From NCBI RefSeq assembly GCF_009914755.1, contig NC_060945.1: a stretch of DNA of 64,000 bases. One strand, 5' to 3'. Positions 27,101-41,600 of this stretch are shown here, piece after piece (position 1 is the stretch's first letter; each line of letters begins with the position of its first letter). This DNA comes from the human T2T-CHM13v2.0 reference genome, Homo sapiens. The notes beneath the pieces were generated by a model. It searched no databases. It was not told the DNA's origin and was given only the letters and a program-made list of their open reading frames with translations. Position numbers and translations under genes: made by a program.

Positions 27101-30100
27101 CAGACATCAGAAAGAAATTTCTGAGAATGCTGCTGTCTACCTTTTATTTGAATTCCCGCTTCCAACGAAATCCTCCAAGCTATCCAAATATCCACCTGCA
27201 TTTTCCACAACAAGAGTGTTTCAAAACTGCTCTATCAATAGAAATGTTCAACTCCTTTGGCTGGGTACACACATCACAAACAAGTTTCTGAGAATGCTTC
27301 TGTCTAGTTTTTATGGGAAGACGTTCCCTTTTTCACCAAAGGCATCAAAGCGCTCCAAATGTCCACTTCCAGACACTACAAAAAGAGTGTTTCAAACGTG
27401 CTCTAAGAAAGCGAATGTTCAACTCTGTGACTTGAATGCAGATATCACAAAGTAGTTTCTGAGAGGGCTTCTGTCTAGATTTTAGATGATGATATTCCCG
27501 TTTCCAACGAAATCATTAGAGCTATCCAAATATCCACTTACAGTTTCTACAAAAAGAGTGTTTCCAAACTGCTGCATCAAAAGAGAGGTTCCACTCTGTT
27601 AGCTGAGTACACACATCACAAACTTGTTTCTCAGAATCCTTCTGTCTCGTTTTTATGGGAAGATATTTACTTTTTCACCGTAGGCATCAAAGCGCTCCAA
27701 ATGTCCACATCCAGATACTCCAGAAAGAGTGTTTCAAACCTGCTCTATGAAAGGGAATCTTCAACTCTATGAGTTGAATGCAGACATCAGAAAGAAATTT
27801 CTGAGAATGCTGCTGTCTACCTTTTATTTGAATTCCCGCTTCCAACGAAATCCTCCAAGCTATCCAAATATCCACTTGCAGATTCCACAAAAAGAGTGTT
27901 TCAAAACTGCTCTCTATCAATGGCAAAGTTCAACTCTGTTAGTTGAGGACACATATCACCAACAAGTTTCTGAGAATGCTTCTGTCTATTTTTTATGGGA
28001 AGATATTTCCTTTTTCACCGTAGGCGTCAAGGCGATCGAAATGTCCACTTCCACAAACTACAAAAAGAGTGTTTCAAACCTGCTCTATGAAAGGCCATGT
28101 TCATCTCTATGAGTTGAATGGAAATATCCGAAAGAAATTTCTGGGAATGCTGCTGTCTAGTGTTTATACGAATTCCCGCTTCCAACGAAATCCTCAAAGC
28201 AATCCAAATATCCACTTGCAGAATCCACAAAAAGAGTGTTTCAAAACTGCTCTATCAATAGAAAGGTTCAACTCTTTTAGTTGAGTACACACATCACAAA
28301 CAAGTTTCTGAGAATGCTTCTGTCTGGCTTTTATTGGAAGACGTTTCCTTTTCACCAAAGGCATCAAAGCGCTCCAAATGTCCACTTCCAGATTCTTCCA
28401 AAAGAGTGTTTCAAACGTGGTCGAAGTAAGGGAATGTTCAACTCTGTGACTTGAATGCAGATATCACCAAGTAGTTTCTAATAGTGCTTCTGTCTAGATT
28501 TTAGATGATGATATTCCCGTTTCCAACGAAATCGTTAGAGCTATCCAAATATCCAGTTACAGTTTCTACCAAAAGGGTGTTTCCAAATTGCTGCATCAAA
28601 AGAAAGGTTCAACTCTGTTAGTTGAGGACACACATCACAAAGAAGTTTGTGAGAATGCTTCTGTCTAGATTTTGTATGACGATATTCCCTTTTCCAACGA
28701 TATCGTTAAAGCAATCTAAATATCAATTTGCAGAATCCACAAAAATAGAGTTTCAAAGCTGCTCTGTAAAAAGAAAGGTTCCACTCTGTTAGCTGAGTAC
28801 ACACATCACAAACTTGTTTCTGAGAAACCTTCTGTCTCGTTTTTATGGGAAGATATTTACTTTTCCACCGTAGGCATCAAAGCGCTCCAAATGTCCACAT
28901 CCAGATACTCCAGAACGAGTGTTTCAAACCTGCTCTATGAAAGGGAATCTTCAACTCTATGAGTTGAATGCAGAATCAGAAAGAAATTTCTGAGAATGCT
29001 GCTGTCTACCTTTTATTTGAATTCCCGCTTCCAACGAAATCCTCCAAGCTATCCAAATATCCACCTGCATTTTCCACAACAAGAGTGTTTCAAAACTGCT
29101 CTATCAATAGAAATGTTCAACTCCTTTGGCTGGGTACACACATCACAAACAAGTTTCTGAGAATGCTTCTGTCTAGTTTTTATGGGAAGACGTTCCCTTT
29201 TTCACCAAAGGCATCAAAGCGCTCCAAATGTCCACTTCCAGACACTACAAAAAGAGTGTTTCAAACGTGCTCTAAGAAAACGAATGTTCAACTCTGTGAC
29301 TTGAATGCAGATATCACAAAGTAGTTTCTGAGAGGGCTTCTGTCTAGATTTTAGATGATGATATTCCCGTTTCCAACGAAATCATTAGAGCTATCCAAAT
29401 ATCCACTTACAGTTTCTATAAAAAGAGTGTTTCCAAACTGCTGCATCAAAAGAGAGGTTCCACTCTGTTAGCCGAGTACACACATCACAAACTTGTTTCT
29501 CAGAATCCTTCTGTCTCGTTTTTATGGGAAGATATTTACTTTTTCACCGTAGGCATCAAAGCGCTCCAAATGTCCACATCCAGATACTCCAGAAAGAGTG
29601 TTTCAAACCTGCTCTATGAAAGGGAATCTTCAACTCTATGAGTTGAATGCAGACATCAGAAAGAAATTTCTGAGAATGCTGCTCTCTACCTTTTATTTGA
29701 ATTCCCGCTTCCAACGAAATCCTCCAAGCTATCCAAATATCCACTTGCAGATTCCACAAAAAGAGTGTTTCAAAACTGCTCTCTATCAATGGCAAAGTTC
29801 AACTCTGTTAGTTGAGGACACATATCACCAACAAGTTTCTGAGAATGCTTCTGTCTATTTTTTATGGGAAGATATTTCCTTTTTCACCGTAGGCGTCAAG
29901 GCGATCGAAATGTCCACTTCCACAAACTACAAAAAGAGTGTTTCAAACCTGCTCTATGAAAGGCCATGTTCATCTCTATGAGTTGAATGGAAATATCCGA
30001 AAGAAATTTCTGGGAATGCTGCTGTCTAGTTTTTATATGAATTCCCGCTTCCAACGAAATCCTCAAAGCAATCCAAATATCCACTTGCAGAATCCACAAA

Positions 30101-33100
30101 AAGAGTGTTTCAAAACTGCTCTATCAATAGAAAGGTTCAACTCTTTTAGTTGAGTACACACATCACAAACAAGTTTCTGAGAATGCTTCTGTCTGGCTTT
30201 TATTGGAAGACGTTTCCTTTTCACCAAAGGCATCAAAGCGCTCCAAAGGTCCACTTCCAGATTCTTCCAAAAGAGTGTTTCAAACGTGCTCATAGTAAGG
30301 GAATGTTCAACTCTGTGACTTGAATGCAGATATCACCAAGTAGTTTCTAATAGTGCTTCTGTCTAGATTTTAGATGATGATATTCCCGTTTCCAACGAAA
30401 TCGCTAGAGCTATCCAAATATCCAGTTACAGTTTCTACCAAAAGGGTGTTTCCAAATTGCTGCATCAAAAGAAAGGTTCAACTCTGTTAGTTGAGGACAC
30501 ACATCACAAAGAAGTTTGTGAGAATGCTTCTGTCTACATTTTGTATGACGATATTCCCTTTTCCAACGATATCGTTAAAGCAATCTAAATATCAATTTGC
30601 AGAATCCACAAAAATAGAGTTTCAAAGCTGCTCTGTAAAAAGAAAGGTTCCACTCTGTTAGCTGAGTACACACATCACAAACTTGTTTCTGAGAATCCTT
30701 CTGTCTCGTTTTTATGGGAAGATATTTACTTTTCCACCGTAGGCATCAAAGCGCTCCAAATGTCCACATCCAGATACTCCAGAACGAGTGTTTCAAACCT
30801 GCTCTATGAAAGGGAATCTTCAACTCTATGAGTTGAATGCAGACATCAGAAAGAAATTTCTGAGAATGCTGCTGTCTACCTTTTATTTGAATTCCCGCTT
30901 CCAACGAAATCCTCCAAGCTATCCAAATATCCACCTGCATTTTCCACAACAAGAGTGTTTCAAAACTGCTCTATCAATAGAAATGTTCAACTCCTTTGGC
31001 TGGGTACACACATCACAAACAAGTTTCTGAGAATGCTTCTGTCTAGTTTTTATGGGAAGACGTTCCCTTTTTCACCAAAGGCATCAAAGCGCTCCAAATG
31101 TCCACTTCCAGACACTACAAAAAGAGTGTTTCAAACGTGCTCTAAGAAAGCGAATGTTCAACTCTGTGACTTGAATGCAGATATCACAAAGTAGTTTCTG
31201 AGAGGGCTTCTGTCTAGATTTTAGATGATGATATTCCCGTTTCCAACGAAATCATTAGAGCTATCCAAATATCCACTTACAGTTTCTACAAAAAGAGTGT
31301 TTCCAAACTGCTGCATCAAAAGAGAGGTTCCACTCTGTTAGCTGAGTACACACATCACAAACTTGTTTCTCAGAATCCTTCTGTCTCGTTTTTATGGGAA
31401 GATATTTACTTTTTCACCGTAGGCATCAAAGCGCTCCAAATGTCCACATCCAGATACTCCAGAAAGAGTGTTTCAAACCTGCTCTATGAAAGGGAATCTT
31501 CAACTCTATGAGTTGAATGCAGACATCAGAAAGAAATTTCTGAGAATGCTGCTGTCTACCTTTTATTTGAATTCCCGCTTCCAACGAAATCCTCCAAGCT
31601 ATCCAAATATCCACTTGCAGATTCCACAAAAAGAGTGTTTCAAAACTGCTCTCTATCAATGGCAAAGTTCAACTCTGTTAGTTGAGGACACATATCACCA
31701 ACAAGTTTCTGAGAATGCTTCTGTCTATTTTTTATGGGAAGATATTTCCTTTTTCACCGTAGGCGTCAAGGCGATCGAAATGTCCACTTCCACAAACTAC
31801 AAAAAGAGTGTTTCAAACCTGCTCTATGAAAGGCCATGTTCATCTCTATGAGTTGAATGGAAATATCCGAAAGAAATTTCTGGGAATGCTGCTGTCTAGT
31901 GTTTATACGAATTCCCGCTTCCAACGAAATCCTCAAAGCAATCCAAATATCCACTTGCAGAATCCACAAAAAGAGTGTTTCAAAACCGCTCTATCAATAG
32001 AAAGGTTCAACTCTTTTAGTTGAGTACACACATCACAAACAAGTTTCTGAGAATGCTTCTGTCTGGCTTTTATTGGAAGACGTTTCCTTTTCACCAAAGG
32101 CATCAAAGCGCTCCAAATGTCCACTTCCAGATTCTTCCAAAAGAGTGTTTCAAACGTGGTCGAAGTAAGGGAATGTTCAACTCTGTGACTTGAATGCAGA
32201 TATCACCAAGTAGTTTCTAATAGTGCTTCTGTCTAGATTTTAGATGATGATATTCCCGTTTCCAACGAAATCGTTAGAGCTATCCAAATATCCAGTTACA
32301 GTTTCTACCAAAAGGGTGTTTCCAAATTGCTGCATCAAAAGAAAGGTTCAACTCTGTTAGTTGAGGACACACATCACAAAGAAGTTTGTGAGAATGCTTC
32401 TGTCTAGATTTTGTATGACGATATTCCCTTTTCCAACGATATCGTTAAAGCAATCTAAATATCAATTTGCAGAATCCACAAAAATAGAGTTTCAAAGCTG
32501 CTCTGTAAAAAGAAAGGTTCCACTCTGTTAGCTGAGTACACACATCACAAACTTGTTTCTGAGAAACCTTCTGTCTCGTTTTTATGGGAAGATATTTACT
32601 TTTCCACTGTAGGCATCAAAGCGCTCCAAATGTCCACATCCAGATACTCCAGAACGAGTGTTTCAAACCTGCTCTATGAAAGGGAATCTTCAACTCTATG
32701 AGTTGAATGCAGAATCAGAAAGAAATTTCTGAGAATGCTGCTGTCTACCTTTTATTTGAATTCCCGCTTCCAACGAAATCCTCCAAGCTATCCAAATATC
32801 CACCTGCATTTTCCACAACAAGAGTGTTTCAAAACTGCTCTATCAATAGAAATGTTCAACTCCTTTGGCTGGGTACACACATCACAAACAAGTTTCTGAG
32901 AATGCTTCTGTCTAGTTTTTATGGGAAGACGTTCCCTTTTTCACCAAAGGCATCAAAGCGCTCCAAATGTCCACTTCCAGACACTACAAAAAGAGTGTTT
33001 CAAACGTGCTCTAAGAAAACGAATGTTCAACTCTGTGACTTGAATGCAGATATCACAAAGTAGTTTCTGAGAGGGCTTCTGTCTAGATTTTAGATGATGA

Positions 33101-36100
33101 TATTCCCGTTTCCAACGAAATCATTAGAGCTATCCAAATATCCACTTACAGTTTCTACAAAAAGAGTGTTTCCAAACTGCTGCATCAAAAGAGAGGTTCC
33201 ACTCTGTTAGCCGAGTACACACATCACAAACTTGTTTCTCAGAATCCTTCTGTCTCGTTTTTATGGGAAGATATTTACTTTTTCACCGTAGGCATCAAAG
33301 CGCTCCAAATGTCCACATCCAGATACTCCAGAAAGAGTGTTTCAAACCTGCTCTATGAAAGGGAATCTTCAACTCTATGAGTTGAATGCAGACATCAGAA
33401 AGAAATTTCTGAGAATGCTGCTGTCTACCTTTTATTTGAATTCCCGCTTCCAACGAAATCCTCCAAGCTATCCAAATATCCACTTGCAGATTCCACAAAA
33501 AGAGTGTTTCAAAACTGCTCTCTATCAATGGCAAAGTTCAACTCTGTTAGTTGAGGACACATATCACCAACAAGTTTCTGAGAATGCTTCTGTCTATTTT
33601 TTATGGGAAGATATTTCCTTTTTCACCGTAGGCGTCAAGGCGATCGAAATGTCCACTTCCACAAACTACAAAAAGAGTGTTTCAAACCTGCTCTATGAAA
33701 GGCCATGTTCATCTCTATGAGTTGAATGGAAATATCCGAAAGAAATTTCTGGGAATGCTGCTGTCTAGTTTTTATATGAATTCCCGCTTCCAACGAAATC
33801 CTCAAAGCAATCCAAATATCCACTTGCAGAATCCACAAAAAGAGTGTTTCAAAACTGCTCTATCAATAGAAAGGTTCAACTCTTTTAGTTGAGTACACAC
33901 ATCACAAACAAGTTTCTGAGAATGCTTCTGTCTGGCTTTTATTGGAAGACGTTTCCTTTTCACCAAAGGCATCAAAGCGCTCCAAAGGTCCACTTCCAGA
34001 TTCTTCCAAAAGAGTGTTTCAAACGTGCTCATACTAAGGGAATGTTCAACTCTGTGACTTGAATGCAGATATCACCAAGTAGTTTCTAATAGTGCTTCTG
34101 TCTATATTTTAGATGATGATATTCCCGTTTCCAACGAAATCGCTAGAGCTATCCAAATATCCAGTTACAGTTTCTACCAAAAGGGTGTTTCCAAATTGCT
34201 GCATCAAAAGAAAGGTTCAACTCTGTTAGTTGAGGACACACATCACAAAGAAGTTTGTGAGAATGCTTCTGTCTAGATTTTGTATGACGATATTCCCTTT
34301 TCCAACGATATCGTTAAAGCAATCTAAATATCAATTTGCAGAATCCACAAAAATAGAGTTTCAAAGCTGCTCTGTAAAAAGAAAGGTTCCACTCTGTTAG
34401 CTGAGTACACACATCACAAACTTGTTTCTGAGAATCCTTCTGTCTCGTTTTTATGGGAAGATATTTACTTTTCCACCGTAGGCATCAAAGCGCTCCAAAT
34501 GTCCACATCCAGATACTCCAGAACGAGTGTTTCAAACCTGCTCTATGAAAGGGAATCTTCAACTCTATGAGTTGAATGCAGACATCAGAAAGAAATTTCT
34601 GAGAATGCTGCTGTCTACCTTTTATTTGAATTCCCGCTTCCAACGAAATCCTCCAAGCTATCCAAATATCCACCTGCATTTTCCACAACAAGAGTGTTTC
34701 AAAACTGCTCTATCAATAGAAATGTTCAACTCCTTTGGCTGGGTACACACATCACAAACAAGTTTCTGAGAATGCTTCTGTCTAGTTTTTATGGGAAGAC
34801 GTTCCCTTTTTCACCAAAGGCATCAAAGCGCTCCAAATGTCCACTTCCAGACACTACAAAAAGAGTGTTTCAAACGTGCTCTAAGAAAGCGAATGTTCAA
34901 CTCTGTGACTTGAATGCAGATATCACAAAGTAGTTTCTGAGAGGGCTTCTGTCTAGATTTTAGATGATGATATTCCCGTTTCCAACGAAATCATTAGAGC
35001 TATCCAAATATCCACTTACAGTTTCTACAAAAAGAGTGTTTCCAAACTGCTGCATCAAAAGAGAGGTTCCACTCTGTTAGCTGAGTACACACATCACAAA
35101 CTTGTTTCTCAGAATCCTTCTGTCTCGTTTTTATGGGAAGATATTTACTTTTTCACCGTAGGCATCAAAGCGCTCCAAATGTCCACATCCAGATACTCCA
35201 GAAAGAGTGTTTCAAACCTGCTCTATGAAAGGGAATCTTCAACTCTATGAGTTGAATGCAGACATCAGAAAGAAATTTCTGAGAATGCTGCTGTCTACCT
35301 TTTATTTGAATTCCCGCTTCCAACGAAATCCTCCAAGCTATCCAAATATCCACTTGCAGATTCCACAAAAAGAGTGTTTCAAAACTGCTCTCTATCAATG
35401 GCAAAGTTCAACTCTGTTAGTTGAGGACACATATCACCAACAAGTTTCTGAGAATGCTTCTGTCTATTTTTTATGGGAAGATATTTCCTTTTTCACCGTA
35501 GGCGTCAAGGCGATCGAAATGTCCACTTCCACAAACTACAAAAAGAGTGTTTCAAACCTGCTCTATGAAAGGCCATGTTCATCTCTATGAGTTGAATGGA
35601 AATATCCGAAAGAAATTTCTGGGAATGCTGCTGTCTAGTGTTTATACGAATTCCCGCTTCCAACGAAATCCTCAAAGCAATCCAAATATCCACTTGCAGA
35701 ATCCACAAAAAGAGTGTTTCAAAACCGCTCTATCAATAGAAAGGTTCAACTCTTTTAGTTGAGTACACACATCACAAACAAGTTTCTGAGAATGCTTCTG
35801 TCTGGCTTTTATTGGAAGACGTTTCCTTTTCACCAAAGGCATCAAAGCGCTCCAAATGTCCACTTCCAGATTCTTCCAAAAGAGTGTTTCAAACGTGGTC
35901 GAAGTAAGGGAATGTTCAACTCTGTGACTTGAATGCAGATATCACCAAGTAGTTTCTAATAGTGCTTCTGTCTAGATTTTAGATGATGATATTCCCGTTT
36001 CCAACGAAATCGTTAGAGCTATCCAAATATCCAGTTACAGTTTCTACCAAAAGGGTGTTTCCAAATTGCTGCATCAAAAGAAAGGTTCAACTCTGTTAGT

Positions 36101-38600
36101 TGAGGACACACATCACAAAGAAGTTTGTGAGAATGCTTCTGTCTAGATTTTGTATGACGATATTCCCTTTTCCAACGATATCGTTAAAGCAATCTAAATA
36201 TCAATTTGCAGAATCCACAAAAATAGAGTTTCAAAGCTGCTCTGTAAAAAGAAAGGTTCCACTCTGTTAGCTGAGTACACACATCACAAACTTGTTTCTG
36301 AGAAACCTTCTGTCTCGTTTTTATGGGAAGATATTTACTTTTCCACTGTAGGCATCAAAGCGCTCCAAATGTCCACATCCAGATACTCCAGAACGAGTGT
36401 TTCAAACCTGCTCTATGAAAGGGAATCTTCAACTCTATGAGTTGAATGCAGAATCAGAAAGAAATTTCTGAGAATGCTGCTGTCTACCTTTTATTTGAAT
36501 TCCCGCTTCCAACGAAATCCTCCAAGCTATCCAAATATCCACCTGCATTTTCCACAACAAGAGTGTTTCAAAACTGCTCTATCAATAGAAATGTTCAACT
36601 CCTTTGGCTGGGTACACACATCACAAACAAGTTTCTGAGAATGCTTCTGTCTAGTTTTTATGGGAAGACGTTCCCTTTTTCACCAAAGGCATCAAAGCGC
36701 TCCAAATGTCCACTTCCAGACACTACAAAAAGAGTGTTTCAAACGTGCTCTAAGAAAACGAATGTTCAACTCTGTGACTTGAATGCAGATATCACAAAGT
36801 AGTTTCTGAGAGGGCTTCTGTCTAGATTTTAGATGATGATATTCCCGTTTCCAACGAAATCATTAGAGCTATCCAAATATCCACTTACAGTTTCTACAAA
36901 AAGAGTGTTTCCAAACTGCTGCATCAAAAGAGAGGTTCCACTCTGTTAGCCGAGTACACACATCACAAACTTGTTTCTCAGAATCCTTCTGTCTCGTTTT
37001 TATGGGAAGATATTTACTTTTTCACCGTAGGCATCAAAGCGCTCCAAATGTCCACATCCAGATACTCCAGAAAGAGTGTTTCAAACCTGCTCTATGAAAG
37101 GGAATCTTCAACTCTATGAGTTGAATGCAGACATCAGAAAGAAATTTCTGAGAATGCTGCTGTCTACCTTTTATTTGAATTCCCGCTTCCAACGAAATCC
37201 TCCAAGCTATCCAAATATCCACTTGCAGATTCCACAAAAAGAGTGTTTCAAAACTGCTCTCTATCAATGGCAAAGTTCAACTCTGTTAGTTGAGGACACA
37301 TATCACCAACAAGTTTCTGAGAATGCTTCTGTCTATTTTTTATGGGAAGATATTTCCTTTTTCACCGTAGGCGTCAAGGCGATCGAAATGTCCACTTCCA
37401 CAAACTACAAAAAGAGTGTTTCAAACCTGCTCTATGAAAGGCCATGTTCATCTCTATGAGTTGAATGGAAATATCCGAAAGAAATTTCTGGGAATGCTGC
37501 TGTCTAGTTTTTATATGAATTCCCGCTTCCAACGAAATCCTCAAAGCAATCCAAATATCCACTTGCAGAATCCACAAAAAGAGTGTTTCAAAACTGCTCT
37601 ATCAATAGAAAGGTTCAACTCTTTTAGTTGAGTACACACATCACAAACAAGTTTCTGAGAATGCTTCTGTCTGGCTTTTATTGGAAGACGTTTCCTTTTC
37701 ACCAAAGGCATCAAAGCGCTCCAAAGGTCCACTTCCAGATTCTTCCAAAAGAGTGTTTCAAACGTGCTCATAGTAAGGGAATGTTCAACTCTGTGACTTG
37801 AATGCAGATATCACCAAGTAGTTTCTAATAGTGCTTCTGTCTAGATTTTAGATGATGATATTCCCGTTTCCAACGAAATCGCTAGAGCTATCCAAATATC
37901 CAGTTACAGTTTCTACCAAAAGGGTGTTTCCAAATTGCTGCATCAAAAGAAAGGTTCAACTCTGTTAGTTGAGGACACACATCACAAAGAAGTTTGTGAG
38001 AATGCTTCTGTCTACATTTTGTATGACGATATTCCCTTTTCCAACGATATCGTTAAAGCAATCTAAATATCAATTTGCAGAATCCACAAAAATAGAGTTT
38101 CAAAGCTGCTCTGTAAAAAGAAAGGTTCCACTCTGTTAGCTGAGTACACACATCACAAACTTGTTTCTGAGAATCCTTCTGTCTCGTTTTTATGGGAAGA
38201 TATTTACTTTTCCACCGTAGGCATCAAAGCGCTCCAAATGTCCACATCCAGATACTCCAGAACGAGTGTTTCAAACCTGCTCTATGAAAGGGAATCTTCA
38301 ACTCTATGAGTTGAATGCAGACATCAGAAAGAAATTTCTGAGAATGCTGCTGTCTACCTTTTATTTGAATTCCCGCTTCCAACGAAATCCTCCAAGCTAT
38401 CCAAATATCCACCTGCATTTTCCACAACAAGAGTGTTTCAAAACTGCTCTATCAATAGAAATGTTCAACTCCTTTGGCTGGGTACACACATCACAAACAA
38501 GTTTCTGAGAATGCTTCTGTCTAGTTTTTATGGGAAGACGTTCCCTTTTTCACCAAAGGCATCAAAGCGCTCCAAATGTCCACTTCCAGACACTACAAAA
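18187..38600 (-). repeat. Sub-array of two alternating HOR haplotypes (3739-bp, 22-monomer super-period)
   Basis: Unit lengths alternate 1869/1870. The 1-bp deletion gcaga(c)atcaga recurs with the frameshifted 118-aa ORF at 21490, 25229, 28968, 32707 and 36446, exactly 3739 apart. The right boundary is approximate. Confidence 0.92.
20056..22437 (-). repeat. 14-mer HOR structural variant (2382 bp) containing an m5/m2 hybrid monomer
   Basis: Anchor spacing 20078->22460 = 2382 = 1869+513. At 20881-20907 m5 sequence (tttactttt ccaccgt) switches to m2 sequence (ttccagattcttcc) inside the shared stretch aggcatcaaagcgctccaaatgtccac. Confidence 0.93.
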
Positions 38601-41600
38601 AGAGTGTTTCCAACGTGCCCTAAGAAAGCGAATGTTCAACTCTGTGACTTGAATGCAGATATCACAAAGTAGTTTCTGAGAGGGCTTCTGTCTAGATTTT
38701 AGATGATGATATTCCCGTTTCCAACGAAATCATTAGAGCTATCCAAATATCCACTTACAGTTTCTACAAAAAGAGTGTTTCCAAACTGCTGCATCAAAAG
38801 AGAGGTTCCACTCTGTTAGCTGAGTACACACATCACAAACTTGTTTCTCAGAATCCTTCTGTCTCGTTTTTATGGGAAGATATTTACTTTTTCACCGTAG
38901 GCATCAAAGCGCTCCAAATGTCCACATCCAGATACTCCAGAAAGAGTGTTTCAAACCTGCTCTATGAAAGGGAATCTTCAACTCTATGAGTTGAATGCAG
39001 ACATCAGAAAGAAATTTCTGAGAATGCTGCTGTCTACCTTTTATTTGAATTCCCGCTTCCAACGAAATCCTCCAAGCTATCCAAATATCCACTTGCAGAT
39101 TCCACAAAAAGAGTGTTTCAAAACTGCTCTCTATCAATGGCAAAGTTCAACTCTGTTAGTTGAGGACACATATCACCAACAAGTTTCTGAGAATGCTTCT
39201 GTCTATTTTTTATGGGAAGATATTTCCTTTTTCACCGTAGGCGTCAAGGCGATCGAAATGTCCACTTCCACAAACTACAAAAAGTGTGTTTCAAACCTGC
39301 TCTATGAAAGGCCATGTTCATCTCTATGAGTTGAATGGAAATATCCGAAAGAAATTTCTGGGAATGCTGCTGTCTAGTGTTTATACGAATTCCCGCTTCC
39401 AACGAAATCCTCAAAGCAATCCAAATATCCACTTGCAGAATCCACAAAAAGAGTGTTTCAAAACTGCTCTATCAATAGAAAGGTTCAACTCTTTTAGTTG
39501 AGTACACACATCACGAACAAGTTTCTGAGAATGCTTCTGTCTGGCTTTTATTGGAAGACGTTTCCTTTTCACCAAAGGCATCAAAGCGCTCCAAATGTCC
39601 ACTTCCAGATTCTTCCAAAAGAGTGTTTCAAACGTGCTCAAAGTAAGGGAATGTTCAACTCTGTGACTTGAATGCAGATATCACCAAGTAGTTTCTAATA
39701 GTGCTTCTGTCTAGATTTTAGATGATGATATTCCCGTTTCCAACGAAATCGTTAGAGCTAAGCAAATATCCAGTTACAGTTTCTACCAAAAGGGTGTTTC
39801 CAAATTGCTGCATCAAAAGAAAGGTTCAACTCTGTTAGTTGAGGACACACATCACAAAGAAGTTTGTGAGAATGCTTCTGTCTAGATTTTGTATGACGAT
39901 ATTCCCTTTTCCAACGATATCGTTAAAGCAATCTAAATATCAATTTGCAGAATCCACAAAAATAGAGTTTCAAAGCTGCTCTGTAAAAAGAAAGGTTCCA
40001 CTCTGTTAGCTGAGTACACACATCACAAACTTGATTCTGAGAATCCTTCTGTCTCGTTTTTATGGGAAGATATTTACTTTTCCACCGTAGGCATCAAAGC
40101 GCTCCAAATGTCCACATCCAGATACTCCAGAACGAGTGTTTCAAACCTGCTCTATGAAAGGGAATCTTCAACTCTATGAGTTGAATGCAGACATCAGAAA
40201 GAAATTTCTGAGAATGCTGCTGTCTACCTTTTATTTGAATTCCCGCTTCCAACGAAATCCTCCAAGCTATCCAAATATCCACCTGCATTTTCCACAACAA
40301 GAGTGTTTCAAAACTGCTCTATCAATAGAAATGTTCAACTCCTTTGGCTGGGTACACACATCACAAACAAGTTTCTGAGAATGCTTCTGTCTAGTTTTTA
40401 TGGGAAGACGTTCCCTTTTTCACCAAAGGCATCAAAGCGCTCCAAATGTCCACTTCCAGACACTACAAAAAGAGTGTTTCAAACGTGCTCTAAGAAAGCG
40501 AATGTTCAACTCTGTGACTTGAATGCAGATATCACAAAGTAGTTTCTGAGAGGGCTTCTGTCTAGATTTTAGATGATGATATTCCCGTTTCCAACGAAAT
40601 CATTAGAGCTATCCAAATATCCACTTACAGTTTCTACAAAAAGAGTGTTTCCAAACTGCTGCATCAAAAGAGAGGTTCCACTCTGTTAGCCGAGTACACA
40701 CATCACAAACTTGTTTCTCAGAATCCTTCTGACTCGTTTTTATGGGAAGATATTTACTTTTTCACCGTAGGCATCAAAGCGCTCCAAATGTCCACATCCA
40801 GATACTCCAGAAAGAGTGTTTCAAACCTGCTCTATGAAAGGGAATCTTCAACTCTATGAGTTGAATGCAGACATCAGAAAGAAATTTCTGAGAATGCTGC
40901 TGTCTACCTTTTATTTGAATTCCCGCTTCCAACGAAATCCTCCAAGCTATCCAAATATCCACTTGCAGATTCCACAAAAAGAGTGTTTCAAAACTGCTCT
41001 CTATCAATGGCAAAGTTCAACTCTGTTAGTTGAGGACACATATCACCAACAAGTTTCTGAGAATGTTTCTGTCTATTTTTTATGGGAAGATATTTCCTTT
41101 TTCACCGTAGGCGTCAAGGCGATCGAAATGTCCACTTCCACAAACTACAAAAAGAGTGTTTCAAACCTGCTCTATGAAAGGCCATGTTCATCTCTATGAG
41201 TTGAATGGAAATATCCGAAAGAAATTTCTGGGAATGCTGCTGTCTAGTGTTTATACGAATTCCCGCTTCCAACGAAATCCTCAAAGCAATCCAAATATCC
41301 ACTTGCAGAATCCACAAAAAGAGTGTTTCAAAACTGCTCTATCAATAGAAAGGTTCAACTCTTTTAGTTGAGTACACACATCACAAACAAGTTTCTGAGA
41401 ATGCTTCTGTCTGGCTTTTATTGGAAGACGTTTCCTTTTCAACAAAGGCATCAAAGCGCTCCAAATGTCCACTTCCAGATTCTTCCAAAAGAGTGTTTCA
41501 AACGTGGTCGAAGTAAGGGAATGTTCAACTCTGTGACTTGAATGCAGATATCACCAAGTAGTTTCTAATAGTGCTTCTGTCTACATTTTAGATGATGATA

